From the IMG/VR virus record IMGVR_UViG_3300026493_000002: a stretch of DNA of 64,000 nucleotides; one strand, 5' to 3'. This stretch comes from a virus. Taxonomy: Duplodnaviria; Caudoviricetes. Made by a program: the position numbers and the translations under genes. The first letter of the stretch is position 1. Every line of letters starts with the position of its first letter. The notes under the pieces are model-generated. The model did no database searches. It was not told the DNA's origin and saw only the letters and a program-made list of their open reading frames with translations. Shown piece after piece: positions 53,084 to 62,054 of the stretch.

Positions 53084-54547
53084 TCACTTACGGTCGCTGT
53101 AGGTGCGGCGTTCCGAGTAGATCATGTTGACCTCGAGGGTAACGAGATTCCACCAGGTGTACGGCGCTTCGGGTTCGATTTCCGGATCCAGGAAGAAGTC
53201 GGAGGTCGGCGTGTTCATCTGCACGTAGTCCACGTCGTCCACGTCGGCAGCGGCGATGATATCCGACACCGCGATACGCTTGCCCAGCGTATTGATTTCC
53301 TTTTCAAACAGGGACTGGATGGCAGCGTACACGACAGGGTAGACTTCGCCCGGAACTGCGTTCTGCTTCAACGCGATGGTCAGCTTGACATTCACGTCAC
53401 GCCGCGTCGGGTTGTAGCGTTGGATCTGGACAGCCGCGTGCTTGCGGGTCTCGATCCACTTCATGAAGTCGTCCCACTCGATGTTCGTAAGCACGTCACC
53501 GTCGTAAGGCAGCAGACAGATGCGGACCACGTTCATCCACAGGAGGTTGCCGGGCGCAATGTCCTTCTGGGCCTTGACCTCGGCGGATGCAATGCCGGGA
53601 TAGTCGGCACACAGCGCCTTGTAGTCGTTCGGGATCACGGCACGACGGCGCGCACGATAGATCGACGGCGCCAGATTGCGGTAGAACGATGCGGGCTTTT
53701 CATCCGCACCACCCACGATTGCGGTCGACGACAAGCCCTGAATGTCAGAGTCGGTCACGTAGCGAGAATCGAGACCGCTACCACCGTTGTTGCCCGTGCT
53801 GCCAGTCGTGACAGCGTAGACCACTTCGATGTTGTAGCCGATGCTGGGCATGGCGCCATGCGTGCCGTCACCGAACGTGAGGACCACATCACCGTTGCCG
53901 TCCGTACGGTCGTAGAAGACGGTGGCGCCGGGCTCAGCGATCCACAGGCCGTCTTCGGTCTTGGTCCACGTGTCGCGCGTCTGCTGCGTGGTGTTGACCA
54001 AGTAGACGTTGACGTCCTCGTCCGAAACAACGAAGCCCGGCTCGTTCAGGGAAATCTCCTGGAACGATACCGAGCGGCCAGCGAAGGTGCGCTTGCGAAT
54101 CTCACCCTGATACAGCACGATGGGTGCGGACGTGGCCGAGCCCGACGCAAAGGTCAGGGGCTCACGGTTGAAGAACATGCGGCCATCGACCTGGAAGGCA
54201 GAGAGACGCGGAATGACGATCGGGACGATCAGGTTCTTGGTGCGACGGAAGGTGACTTCGACCTTGGCGGGCGTCTTGCGCTTGACGTGCACGCCGAGGA
54301 AGTCAGCACCTGCGTAGATCGAGGACGCGCGCTGTGCGGTATACAGGAACGCTTCACGGAAGTTCATTTCCGTGGCGAACTGATTGAAGGCACCGACTGC
54401 GGACACCGCCTCGATAAGAGCCTGACCAGTACCCGAAGTCTGCTGATCGACCCATGCGCCCTTGGTCAGCAGGTAAAGCTGCAACTGGAGGACGATGGAC
54501 TCGAAGTCGGGCTTGGTCTGGGAAATGCGAAGTGGTACGCCGCTCAC
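53084..54547 (-). CDS. Baseplate wedge subunit (T4 gp6 / BaseplateJ-like)
   Basis: DFESI, NF.EAFL.TAQR.SSIY..A, FGDG.HG, GGADE, RAV...DY..L motifs. Confidence 0.9.
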   Translation of the reverse strand: MSGVPLRISQTKPDFESIVLQLQLYLLTKGAWVDQQTSGTGQALIEAVSAVGAFNQFATEMNFREAFLYTAQRASSIYAGADFLGVHVKRKTPAKVEVTFRRTKNLIVPIVIPRLSAFQVDGRMFFNREPLTFASGSATSAPIVLYQGEIRKRTFAGRSVSFQEISLNEPGFVVSDEDVNVYLVNTTQQTRDTWTKTEDGLWIAEPGATVFYDRTDGNGDVVLTFGDGTHGAMPSIGYNIEVVYAVTTGSTGNNGGSGLDSRYVTDSDIQGLSSTAIVGGADEKPASFYRNLAPSIYRARRRAVIPNDYKALCADYPGIASAEVKAQKDIAPGNLLWMNVVRICLLPYDGDVLTNIEWDDFMKWIETRKHAAVQIQRYNPTRRDVNVKLTIALKQNAVPGEVYPVVYAAIQSLFEKEINTLGKRIAVSDIIAAADVDDVDYVQMNTPTSDFFLDPEIEPEAPYTWWNLVTLEVNMIYSERRTYSDRK

Positions 54548-54945
54548 GTAATGTTCCTCCTCAGGTTGAAGTTAAAGTCGACCCGCGCGTTTTCCAGCTG
54601 CGGCATCCAACCCGAAATGTTGAGATAGTACATGTCGTTGTCATAGTCGGGAATGACTTCGACCGCTTCGATTACCACGCGAGGTTCTTGCGCGGCGATT
54701 TCGTTCATGAGCTGGTTGCGCATACGTCGCGCCGTAACGTCGTCCAGAGGATCGAACACCAGATCCAACAGGTTGCTTCCGAAGTCACGCCTGAACGGCC
54801 GGCTGCCTTTGCGGGTAGTGATGATGTTGATGATCGACTGCTGGACCGCCTGTTCGTTCAGCACCAACTCGTAGTTGCTGCGCGTGCCAAGGCTGATGTT
54901 GACGTCCGAGTAGACCACCTCGCCTTCCGGAGAGATAGATGCCAT
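54544..54945 (-). CDS. gp25/GPW-like baseplate wedge protein
   Basis: YSD.N..., AVQQSI.NI..TRKG.RPF..DFGS.L..L.F, EPRV. Confidence 0.92.
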   Translation of the reverse strand: MASISPEGEVVYSDVNISLGTRSNYELVLNEQAVQQSIINIITTRKGSRPFRRDFGSNLLDLVFDPLDDVTARRMRNQLMNEIAAQEPRVVIEAVEVIPDYDNDMYYLNISGWMPQLENARVDFNFNLRRNIT

Positions 54946-54951
54946 GAGTGC

Positions 54952-55236
54952 TTACCCGATTAGAACCTTGGGAGTGCCTTGAGCGACACGCGACCCGCAG
55001 TTGATTGGATCACCGACCCGCATCTTCTGCTTGCCGGATGCGAATACCTTGGGAGAGCCCTGCTGGGCTGTGCCGGGATGGCAACTGCTACCACGACAGT
55101 GGACAGCGTACGCATCGCCAACACAGACCACGCCCTTGCCAGACGCGAACACCTTAGTGCTTGCGCTGATCGAAGGGCGTGGCGGATAGCCATCATGGCC
55201 GGTGCAAATGTCACCGAGACGTGTTACTTCGGGCAT
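54952..55236 (-). CDS. PAAR-domain spike tip protein
   Basis: RLGDICTGH..YPPR, VGD...H, RVGD...CGS; Zn-binding C/H residues. Confidence 0.92.
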   Translation of the reverse strand: MPEVTRLGDICTGHDGYPPRPSISASTKVFASGKGVVCVGDAYAVHCRGSSCHPGTAQQGSPKVFASGKQKMRVGDPINCGSRVAQGTPKVLIG

Positions 55237-55262
55237 GATGGATTCTCCTTCTCTGTTGGTTG

Positions 55263-55272
55263 AAATTACGAA
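55263..55272 (-). promoter_or_regulatory. Candidate late-promoter motif TTCGTAATTT
   Basis: 26 nt upstream of the PAAR ATG 55236. Confidence 0.6.
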
Positions 55273-55280
55273 GACCAGGA

Positions 55281-56033
55281 CTACGGCGTCTGGCCACGTA
55301 CGCCTTCCCACGCGGGGAAAGTGGGTGCGGCCGGCGCAGATGCACCGCTAGAGCCTCCGCCGCCGTCATCGTGGATCTGACCACCAGCATCACGCATCGC
55401 GTTACCGCCTGCATACGTCTGATGGGTACCGCCAGCTTCCGAGTTGAGGTTGCCGGACGCACTGTCCACGATGTTGGACGCGAACTTCTGTGCGTTGCCA
55501 GTGACCACCAGGGTGTCGTTGCCATCCACGAACGTGGTACGATTGCCCTTGACGTGTTCGACAAGGTTGCCATCGACCTTCACCCACGCATCGCCAGTCA
55601 CGTAGAAGTGCAGGTCACCCTGATTGCGGATGAACACGTCCTCGGAGGTCTTGTCGATGATGATGAGGCTACCACTAGGCCACAGGGTAACGTCGCGGGT
55701 CGGGTAGTTGACAGATGCCTCAGGCAGCTTGGTCGTCTCGTCGATGAAGTAGCCCTTCCACATCGGATGCAGAGGACTACCGTTCTGGAACTCGACCAGC
55801 ACCTTGGCGCCAATCTCGGGCACAGCGAACTTGCCGTGGTTGGCGCTACCGCCACCAGGATGGGCGAGACTCACGATTGCCCACGGCAGGTGTTCGTCGC
55901 TGATGCCCTCGAACACTTCTGCCACTCGGATGCGCAGACGACCCCATTCCTTGGGATCCTTGTTGTCGATGACCGTTCCGACCTTTGGCGCTTTGCCCAA
56001 GCCGGACTCTGTTTCTTCACTGCCGATCATCAT
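55281..56033 (-). CDS. Baseplate central spike (gp5/gpV/VgrG-like OB fold plus beta-helix)
   Basis: G.V.DN.DP..WGR.R.R, LPWA, VPEIG..V.VEF.NG...P; V.G..T..V.G repeats. Confidence 0.9.
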   Translation of the reverse strand: MMIGSEETESGLGKAPKVGTVIDNKDPKEWGRLRIRVAEVFEGISDEHLPWAIVSLAHPGGGSANHGKFAVPEIGAKVLVEFQNGSPLHPMWKGYFIDETTKLPEASVNYPTRDVTLWPSGSLIIIDKTSEDVFIRNQGDLHFYVTGDAWVKVDGNLVEHVKGNRTTFVDGNDTLVVTGNAQKFASNIVDSASGNLNSEAGGTHQTYAGGNAMRDAGGQIHDDGGGGSSGASAPAAPTFPAWEGVRGQTP

Positions 56034-58192
56034 GCGCTCCTGGTGTAGTTGTATTCCTCGTTCTGGCGTCCGCTGGTGTCGATGTACGAAACCATTTCGG
56101 CCAGCTTGGACTTCAACTGGTCAGCGCCCACGCGAGCAACGGTATAGCCGCTCTCGGGTGCCCACTGGTAGTTGCGAGAATCGTCCTTGACCTGCAGCGT
56201 GTCTGCCATGCGCGACTGCACGTCGGACACCGTCGGCGTCTGCCTCGAAATCTCGTTGATCGGGGTCGCCACCGGAGTGACCGACTGACGAACCGAGTCC
56301 TCGAAGTAGAAGCGATTGAGCTCCAGGTTGGGCACGCTCAGATTGGGCGTCTCGCCAGTCACCGTCTGGATCAGGCTGTTGTAGCTCGACGCCATGCTGG
56401 ATGCCTGAGACTGATAGCCCTGCACGATGCCGGTAATGTCACCGACCATTTCGTCGATCTGCTTGCCCGCACCAACTGCGGCGTCGAGCGGACCACGGAT
56501 CGCCTGGAACTGTGCGCCGACCGATGCGTACATTTCGGACGTGGACTTCATCACCTGGGTGATGCCGAGCATCGCGCTGACGTTCTCCGCAACACCAGTC
56601 GGGCGGAACATGGCGGCAGTTCGGCTGATGCCGTTGATGCCAGATGCCATGAGCTCCACGTTACCGGATCGAATAGCATCCGTTGCGGTCTTGAGGTCAG
56701 TGCGATAGTCATCCAGCGTGGACTTCAACTGCTTCAACGAGGCAGCGCCCGACTGGAGATCCTTGAGTGCCTTCTCCGGGTTCTGGAGATAGGTGCCCAT
56801 GTTGGACGTGAAGTTGGTCAGGCTCGGCAGGGTGAGCTTCGCGTTGTTCAGCACGTTCTCGGCCTTGGCCCGCACTGCGTTCAACTGACCTTCGATGCCG
56901 CCGACGATACCCATGATGCCCTTCGCGCGGCCGATGGTGTTCGCCGCAACGGTGGCACTCGGATCGACCAGCGTGTCGGGAATCGACGACTCCCGGGCGG
57001 ATGTGGGTTCGGAGGACTTCAACTCTGCTGCTCCCTTCTCGGTGATGGACATACGCACCAGTTCGATGCGCTCGCCGTAATGCTGGCCACCGACAACGAT
57101 GATGGTCTTGGCTACGACGATGTAGATATCGGAGTTACGGACAGGACGGGCCGGATCGGCATTCGCCTGCTTATACAGCACCGGATCGAACAGCTGGACT
57201 TCGGTCGGCTCCGAGATAAGGATCGACACGCGCTCACTGAACAGTGCCAGCTGACGCTTGTTCTGATACTCGGCCCGGTAATACTTGTCGTGGACATTGC
57301 CGCAGTCGATGGGACCGTAGCTGATCTTCGCCCTGCCGACAGTCTGTGCCACCTGATCGTTGATGGCCAGATACGGTGCGCTCGTCTTGACGTCCACTTT
57401 GTCTTCGACTTGCGTGACACCACTCGGACCGTCCACGATCTGGGTAGAGCCGTAGTTCGCCATCGAGTTCATCAGGCCAGCATCGGAGCGTTCCTTCGAC
57501 TGGTCAACACGGTACACCTGCTTGCTGCTGTCGGGATCACCCTCGCCGATGTTGTGCAGGAAGACGTACTTGATTTCTTCCATGGGCGTCGCAACCACGT
57601 CCAGCAGGTTGCGGAACTTGAGGACACCCAGCGAGGTCAGGGCCGCGTACATGGCACTGAACTCGTCAACGTAAGCGTAGGGCGCCACGTTCTGCTGCAC
57701 GAACGCACCGCGGTTCTTCGACACGGACAGCCACACCTGATTGTCCACGGTGCCACGTCCGTTGAAGTCCTCGGGGCCGTCGTAATCGAGCTTGCACTTC
57801 TCGGCCAGCTGCTTCAACACCGCCGAGGATGTTCCCTCGTAGGAATCGCGCGCAGATTCCGTGGTGTACTTCGGAGCATCGTAGATGCCCAGCACCTGCA
57901 GACGGGGGCCGGCTTGACCCGCCATCTGCATGACCGAGAACAGTCGGTACTGGCGGGTGATCGTTTTCAGATCGTTCGGCGTTTTGCCAACGGTGATCAG
58001 GATCTCATTACCGTCCGTGAGACAGAGTTCCTTGGTCAACGTCTGGCTGTTGTCGTTCAGGATCATCATCAGGCTGGGCGCTGTGCAAGCCGTGCCCTCC
58101 AGCAGAGCCAGAGAGCTAACCAAGTTGGCGCCGTCCAATGGCTTGCCGTCGATCTTGATTTCGATGTAGATGCGACCTTCAATGTTAATCAT
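56030..58192 (-). CDS. Baseplate hub protein (gp27/gpD-like) with long helical C-terminal extension
   Basis: Position between spike and LysM-like gene; hub-like N-half; A/S/Q-rich helical C-half. Confidence 0.6.
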   Translation of the reverse strand: MINIEGRIYIEIKIDGKPLDGANLVSSLALLEGTACTAPSLMMILNDNSQTLTKELCLTDGNEILITVGKTPNDLKTITRQYRLFSVMQMAGQAGPRLQVLGIYDAPKYTTESARDSYEGTSSAVLKQLAEKCKLDYDGPEDFNGRGTVDNQVWLSVSKNRGAFVQQNVAPYAYVDEFSAMYAALTSLGVLKFRNLLDVVATPMEEIKYVFLHNIGEGDPDSSKQVYRVDQSKERSDAGLMNSMANYGSTQIVDGPSGVTQVEDKVDVKTSAPYLAINDQVAQTVGRAKISYGPIDCGNVHDKYYRAEYQNKRQLALFSERVSILISEPTEVQLFDPVLYKQANADPARPVRNSDIYIVVAKTIIVVGGQHYGERIELVRMSITEKGAAELKSSEPTSARESSIPDTLVDPSATVAANTIGRAKGIMGIVGGIEGQLNAVRAKAENVLNNAKLTLPSLTNFTSNMGTYLQNPEKALKDLQSGAASLKQLKSTLDDYRTDLKTATDAIRSGNVELMASGINGISRTAAMFRPTGVAENVSAMLGITQVMKSTSEMYASVGAQFQAIRGPLDAAVGAGKQIDEMVGDITGIVQGYQSQASSMASSYNSLIQTVTGETPNLSVPNLELNRFYFEDSVRQSVTPVATPINEISRQTPTVSDVQSRMADTLQVKDDSRNYQWAPESGYTVARVGADQLKSKLAEMVSYIDTSGRQNEEYNYTRSA

Positions 58193-58201
58193 GGCGCTGC
58201 C

Positions 58202-58549
58202 TTAGATGGAGATTACTCGCTGCACGCGAGAGTTGCTGACCGCGTTCTCCGTGATCACTGCCGCGATGGAGGTCAGGCTCGGGATCTTGAGCTTGGTGCC
58301 CTCAACAATGTCCCGATACGACGCGATGCCGTTGTAGCCCATGATGATCCACCAGAGCTTCTCCTTGCCGTACTTGCGCTTGGCAATGAGGTCAGGTGCA
58401 CCACGTTCGTCCTGCGATACCTCGTGGTTCGTGTAGGACGTGATCTGCAACAGCTTCGGCAACACTCGGTCCTTGAGTGCGTCGATACCGTGTTCGTCGG
58501 CGACCGTGGAGAAGAAGCGGTCGAACTTGTCGTCTAGCTGCTCGGCCAT
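58202..58549 (-). CDS. Baseplate wedge gp53/LysM-like protein
   Basis: H.V...E.GAPDLIA...YG...LWW.I..YNGI......G..LKIP. Confidence 0.8.
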   Translation of the reverse strand: MAEQLDDKFDRFFSTVADEHGIDALKDRVLPKLLQITSYTNHEVSQDERGAPDLIAKRKYGKEKLWWIIMGYNGIASYRDIVEGTKLKIPSLTSIAAVITENAVSNSRVQRVISI

Positions 58550-59280
58550 GATTGCCCCGCGTAAAAGATTTTCTCAAGGTCTTCACCGGTAATGCAACCG
58601 TTGTAGGTCATGAAGCCCAGGTTGATCGTCATAGCGATCGGGATGCCGTTCTCGTCCAGCAGGGTGACCACATCGGTACCCACGCTGGTGATGACGACAC
58701 TCTCGAAGTACAGGTAGCTGCCGATGTACACCGCAATGCGACGGCCTTCGGTGGCACCGTTCGGCTGGTTGTTGATGAGGCGTGGACCCGGCGCTTTCAG
58801 CACTTCGCCTTCGGACGTGGGAGCAGCCAGCTTCAACAGAGCAAGCTGGCGTTCCTTCACTTCCCGCTCCGTGTTCTCGTTGGCGTAGAACACCAGGTCG
58901 AGGTTCATCTGGAGCGGAGAGGTCGATTCCCACACATGCACATGCTGCGACTTGGTCTTGTTACCGATACCAGCCGCACCGAGTGCCGCATCAACGAACT
59001 GGCCGCTGCCGGCAACCAAGCCGTCGGCAGCGCCACCAGCAGACGCCTGAGCAAAGGGCTGGCCCCACTGCGAACTCAGTTCCATGTGGAAGCGTTCGGG
59101 CAGATGCGCACGGATCGGGAAAATCTTCCGTGCACTACTGCCTGTCGGCTTGATTAGTGCTTCATCACCGAACACTTCCAGCAGCACGTCGTAGTGCTGA
59201 CTGGTTGCGGGCACCGAGTAGCCGTTATCGGGCCGGACTGCCGAGCCGATGTTGGCCAAAATGTCAGATGCGTTGGCCAT
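58534..59280 (-). CDS. Baseplate tail-tube cap / gp48-like protein
   Basis: Position after TMP; W.ST.P....L.L.F..., IG.Y..F..VVITSV...V pattern. Confidence 0.55.
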   Translation of the reverse strand: MANASDILANIGSAVRPDNGYSVPATSQHYDVLLEVFGDEALIKPTGSSARKIFPIRAHLPERFHMELSSQWGQPFAQASAGGAADGLVAGSGQFVDAALGAAGIGNKTKSQHVHVWESTSPLQMNLDLVFYANENTEREVKERQLALLKLAAPTSEGEVLKAPGPRLINNQPNGATEGRRIAVYIGSYLYFESVVITSVGTDVVTLLDENGIPIAMTINLGFMTYNGCITGEDLEKIFYAGQSWPSS

Positions 59281-59283
59281 CTA

Positions 59284-61839
59284 TCAAACCCTTCCGATCA
59301 AAGTAGGCACCATCGAGAGGTGCGGGAAGAACACAGGAATGTCGTTCAGGTCGATGCCGCCGGAGCGACGTGCAGCGTGTGCAACCGCAGGCTGAGCAGC
59401 GTTGGCGCCACCAGCAGCATTCGCAGGCGGAGTCGTGGAGTCAGCAACGATAGCAACCGGCTTGGCCTCAAGAGGAGCGTTCGCTGCAACCTTCTGCACC
59501 GGGTTCGGCACGGATGCCGTAGCAGTGCTTGCAGACGGAGACGAAGCGTTTGCCGTCTGGGTAGGCGACATGGTTGCAGTCGTGGTGCTGGGCTTGGTAG
59601 CAGTCGTGTCCACCGATGCAGTAACGCCATCGAACGCTCCGGACTTCGGAGGAGTGGTAGTAGCGACTTCTGCCTTGCCCTTCTCCGCGAGTGAGGCGTC
59701 AGCAACCGTACCGGCCTTGCCCTTGTCAGCGGCAGCAACAGCCAGCAGGTCCTTGCGCTCGTTCTCGATCCGTCGAGCCACACCAGCACGCATCTTCTCG
59801 GAAGAGGACTTGAAGCGGGTGTTGACGGTAGCAGCCTTGTAGTCCTGCACGGCGTTGACGATTTCCTCGTCGGTCATCTTGTTGGCGTCCTTGCCCTTGA
59901 GCGCCTCGGTAATCACGCTGGTACCACCGCCGTACTGCACGCTGGTGGACATGATCGCTTCCTGCACCGCACGGCCACGCTTGTTCACGTCAAGACCGGT
60001 GTCCTTGCCGACCTTCGATGCGAGCTTGTTGTAGTGCGTGTCCACGATGTAGTCGTGCTGGGCCTTCTCCATGCCCGCGCCATCGCTCTCCACGATTTGC
60101 TTGTAGCGAGCGTTGAACTCGGGACTGCCGGGCTTGAGGCCCGCGAACTGCGCACCGTACTTCTGACCTTCCTTCGATGCGAGGAACTTGGCCATCGAGC
60201 CGTTGTTGGTAGCCAGCTGGTGCTTGCCGTACGACACGCCGCCGTGGTCACCCTTACCGGACGATACGGTTGCAACACCGCGACCGCCAGATTCGTACTT
60301 GGCTGCGATGAAGCCCAGAGCGCCGCTGACACTCGCAGGAAGGGCGGACGCAACAGCACCAGCTGCTGCACGACCACCGCCAACGATTGCCTTACCGACT
60401 GAACCCGAGTTCTCCAGAGCAGTGACTGCCTTGCCGCCGTAGTTCATGATGCCGCCGACGATTGCCTTGGCCGGAGCCAGTGCTGCGTCGGTAGCCTTGG
60501 AGAAGACGTTCTTGGCGCCTTCCCACAAGTTGGAGCCGAACTCCATCAAGGTTCCGCCGAGGTTACCCACGACGTTCTTGAATCCATCGAATGCCTTGTT
60601 GACGCTCGGCAGGATGTTGTTCTTCCAGTCGCTCTTGAGGGCCTCGCGGGCATCCTCACTGAACGGGCTCATGAACAGAGACATACCGCGACCGATGTGG
60701 TCACCGATGCCAGACTTCTCGACAGCGCCACTGATCGAAGAACCGATCTTGTCAACGATGGCTTCACCGCCGAAGTAGCCGAGCGCACCGCCGCCGATAC
60801 CACCGACAGCACCACCGATTGCAGTACCGACGCCGGGGAAGATCAGGGTACCGAGTGCAGCACCTGCCTGTGCGCCGGCAGAGCCAAGTGCGAGCGCACC
60901 TGCCGTACCACCTGCGACGTTCGCAACTGCCTGGGCCTTCTCACCACCAGTCTTGGTGTCATCGTTGAGTGCCTGATAGGCAGTCAGACCGCCGGCAGCG
61001 ATAGCACCAGCAGCACCTGCCTTACGCAGCACACTGGTACCTACAGCGCGCGCTGCACCGGCCTCAACTGCGCCAGCTGCTGCACCGCCGCCACGAAGGC
61101 CGACAGCACCAAGAGCGCGACTGCCCAGTCCCTTTGCAGACTGGAGGGCACTGCCCGCCATCTGGCCACCGCGAGACAGCAGGCTTCCGCCAGTCTGGGT
61201 AGCACGTTGCAGAATGCCGCCACCGACGTTACGCACAGCACCGAGGGCACCAGCGCGGGGAATCGGTGGCGGACGGGCACCCCTCGGGATCGGAGGTGGG
61301 CGAGCTCCAGTACGAGCAGCGCCGACACCACGTGCGGCCTTGATGGAGCGAGCGCGTGCACGGGCACCAGGACGACGCGGACCACGGCGACCTCTACGAC
61401 CGCGACGGCCTTCACCGAGCAGGTCGAATGCAGAGTCGAGCAGGCCCGGGCCTTGACCCTGACGTTCGATCTTCTTCAACGTGACCAGCATTTCCTTCAT
61501 CAGTCCGCCGAGGTTCCCCTCCATCGAACGAATGTCGTTGCCGAGCGTGTAGCTCACGTTCTTCATGGACGAGATTTGACGCTCGCCCATGGTGCGATTC
61601 GCTTGCTGGTGCTTGTTCGCCTGCGCCTGTTGGTTTCGGCTACGCTCACCAGCCCACTTGTCCTGAATACCGAGGGCGCGCATCATTCGTTCGGAAGCGG
61701 AGTGTTGCCCCGCACCTACCTGACGCGCCAGCCGTTCGGTACCGGACTTCATCGCCTTGACATACTTCTCGCCGTCGTTTCCACGAAGCGACTGGAAGTA
61801 TTGCCGGCGATCATTGATTGTCTCCAGAATACCGGCCAT
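59284..61839 (-). CDS. Tape measure protein with lysozyme-like (VgrG3-C-like) muramidase domain
   Basis: G/A-rich GGAVGGIGGGALG segment; KYESGG.G..TVSSG.GD.GG.SYG..QL; follows the chaperone gene. Confidence 0.85.
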   Translation of the reverse strand: MAGILETINDRRQYFQSLRGNDGEKYVKAMKSGTERLARQVGAGQHSASERMMRALGIQDKWAGERSRNQQAQANKHQQANRTMGERQISSMKNVSYTLGNDIRSMEGNLGGLMKEMLVTLKKIERQGQGPGLLDSAFDLLGEGRRGRRGRRGPRRPGARARARSIKAARGVGAARTGARPPPIPRGARPPPIPRAGALGAVRNVGGGILQRATQTGGSLLSRGGQMAGSALQSAKGLGSRALGAVGLRGGGAAAGAVEAGAARAVGTSVLRKAGAAGAIAAGGLTAYQALNDDTKTGGEKAQAVANVAGGTAGALALGSAGAQAGAALGTLIFPGVGTAIGGAVGGIGGGALGYFGGEAIVDKIGSSISGAVEKSGIGDHIGRGMSLFMSPFSEDAREALKSDWKNNILPSVNKAFDGFKNVVGNLGGTLMEFGSNLWEGAKNVFSKATDAALAPAKAIVGGIMNYGGKAVTALENSGSVGKAIVGGGRAAAGAVASALPASVSGALGFIAAKYESGGRGVATVSSGKGDHGGVSYGKHQLATNNGSMAKFLASKEGQKYGAQFAGLKPGSPEFNARYKQIVESDGAGMEKAQHDYIVDTHYNKLASKVGKDTGLDVNKRGRAVQEAIMSTSVQYGGGTSVITEALKGKDANKMTDEEIVNAVQDYKAATVNTRFKSSSEKMRAGVARRIENERKDLLAVAAADKGKAGTVADASLAEKGKAEVATTTPPKSGAFDGVTASVDTTATKPSTTTATMSPTQTANASSPSASTATASVPNPVQKVAANAPLEAKPVAIVADSTTPPANAAGGANAAQPAVAHAARRSGGIDLNDIPVFFPHLSMVPTLIGRV

Positions 61840-61889
61840 TGGAATCTCCCGTAGGGACTAGTTGCCTAGTCCCAGTACAAAGCATCGGA

Positions 61890-62054
61890 CTACTTGGGTT
61901 TCTTACCGACATTCTCTTCCCGTTCCTTCCGATACCGGCTGTAGTTATACAGCAAGGTCTTTATGGGCATGTCGTCGTCGGGCTGCATACCTCGGTGGGT
62001 AAGCAACTCATACTGCATGTCCAGAAGGTCCTGCTCCGGGATCAGGGGAAAAAA
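61890..62054 (-). CDS. -1 frameshift extension of the tail assembly chaperone (G-T / gp26-gp51-like second part)
   Basis: Open -1 frame (PLIPEQDLLDMQYELLTHRGMQPDDDMPIKTLLYNYSRYRKERE...) entered at slippery T TTT TTC (62048-62054). Confidence 0.65.
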   Translation of the reverse strand, partial: FFPLIPEQDLLDMQYELLTHRGMQPDDDMPIKTLLYNYSRYRKEREENVGKKPK

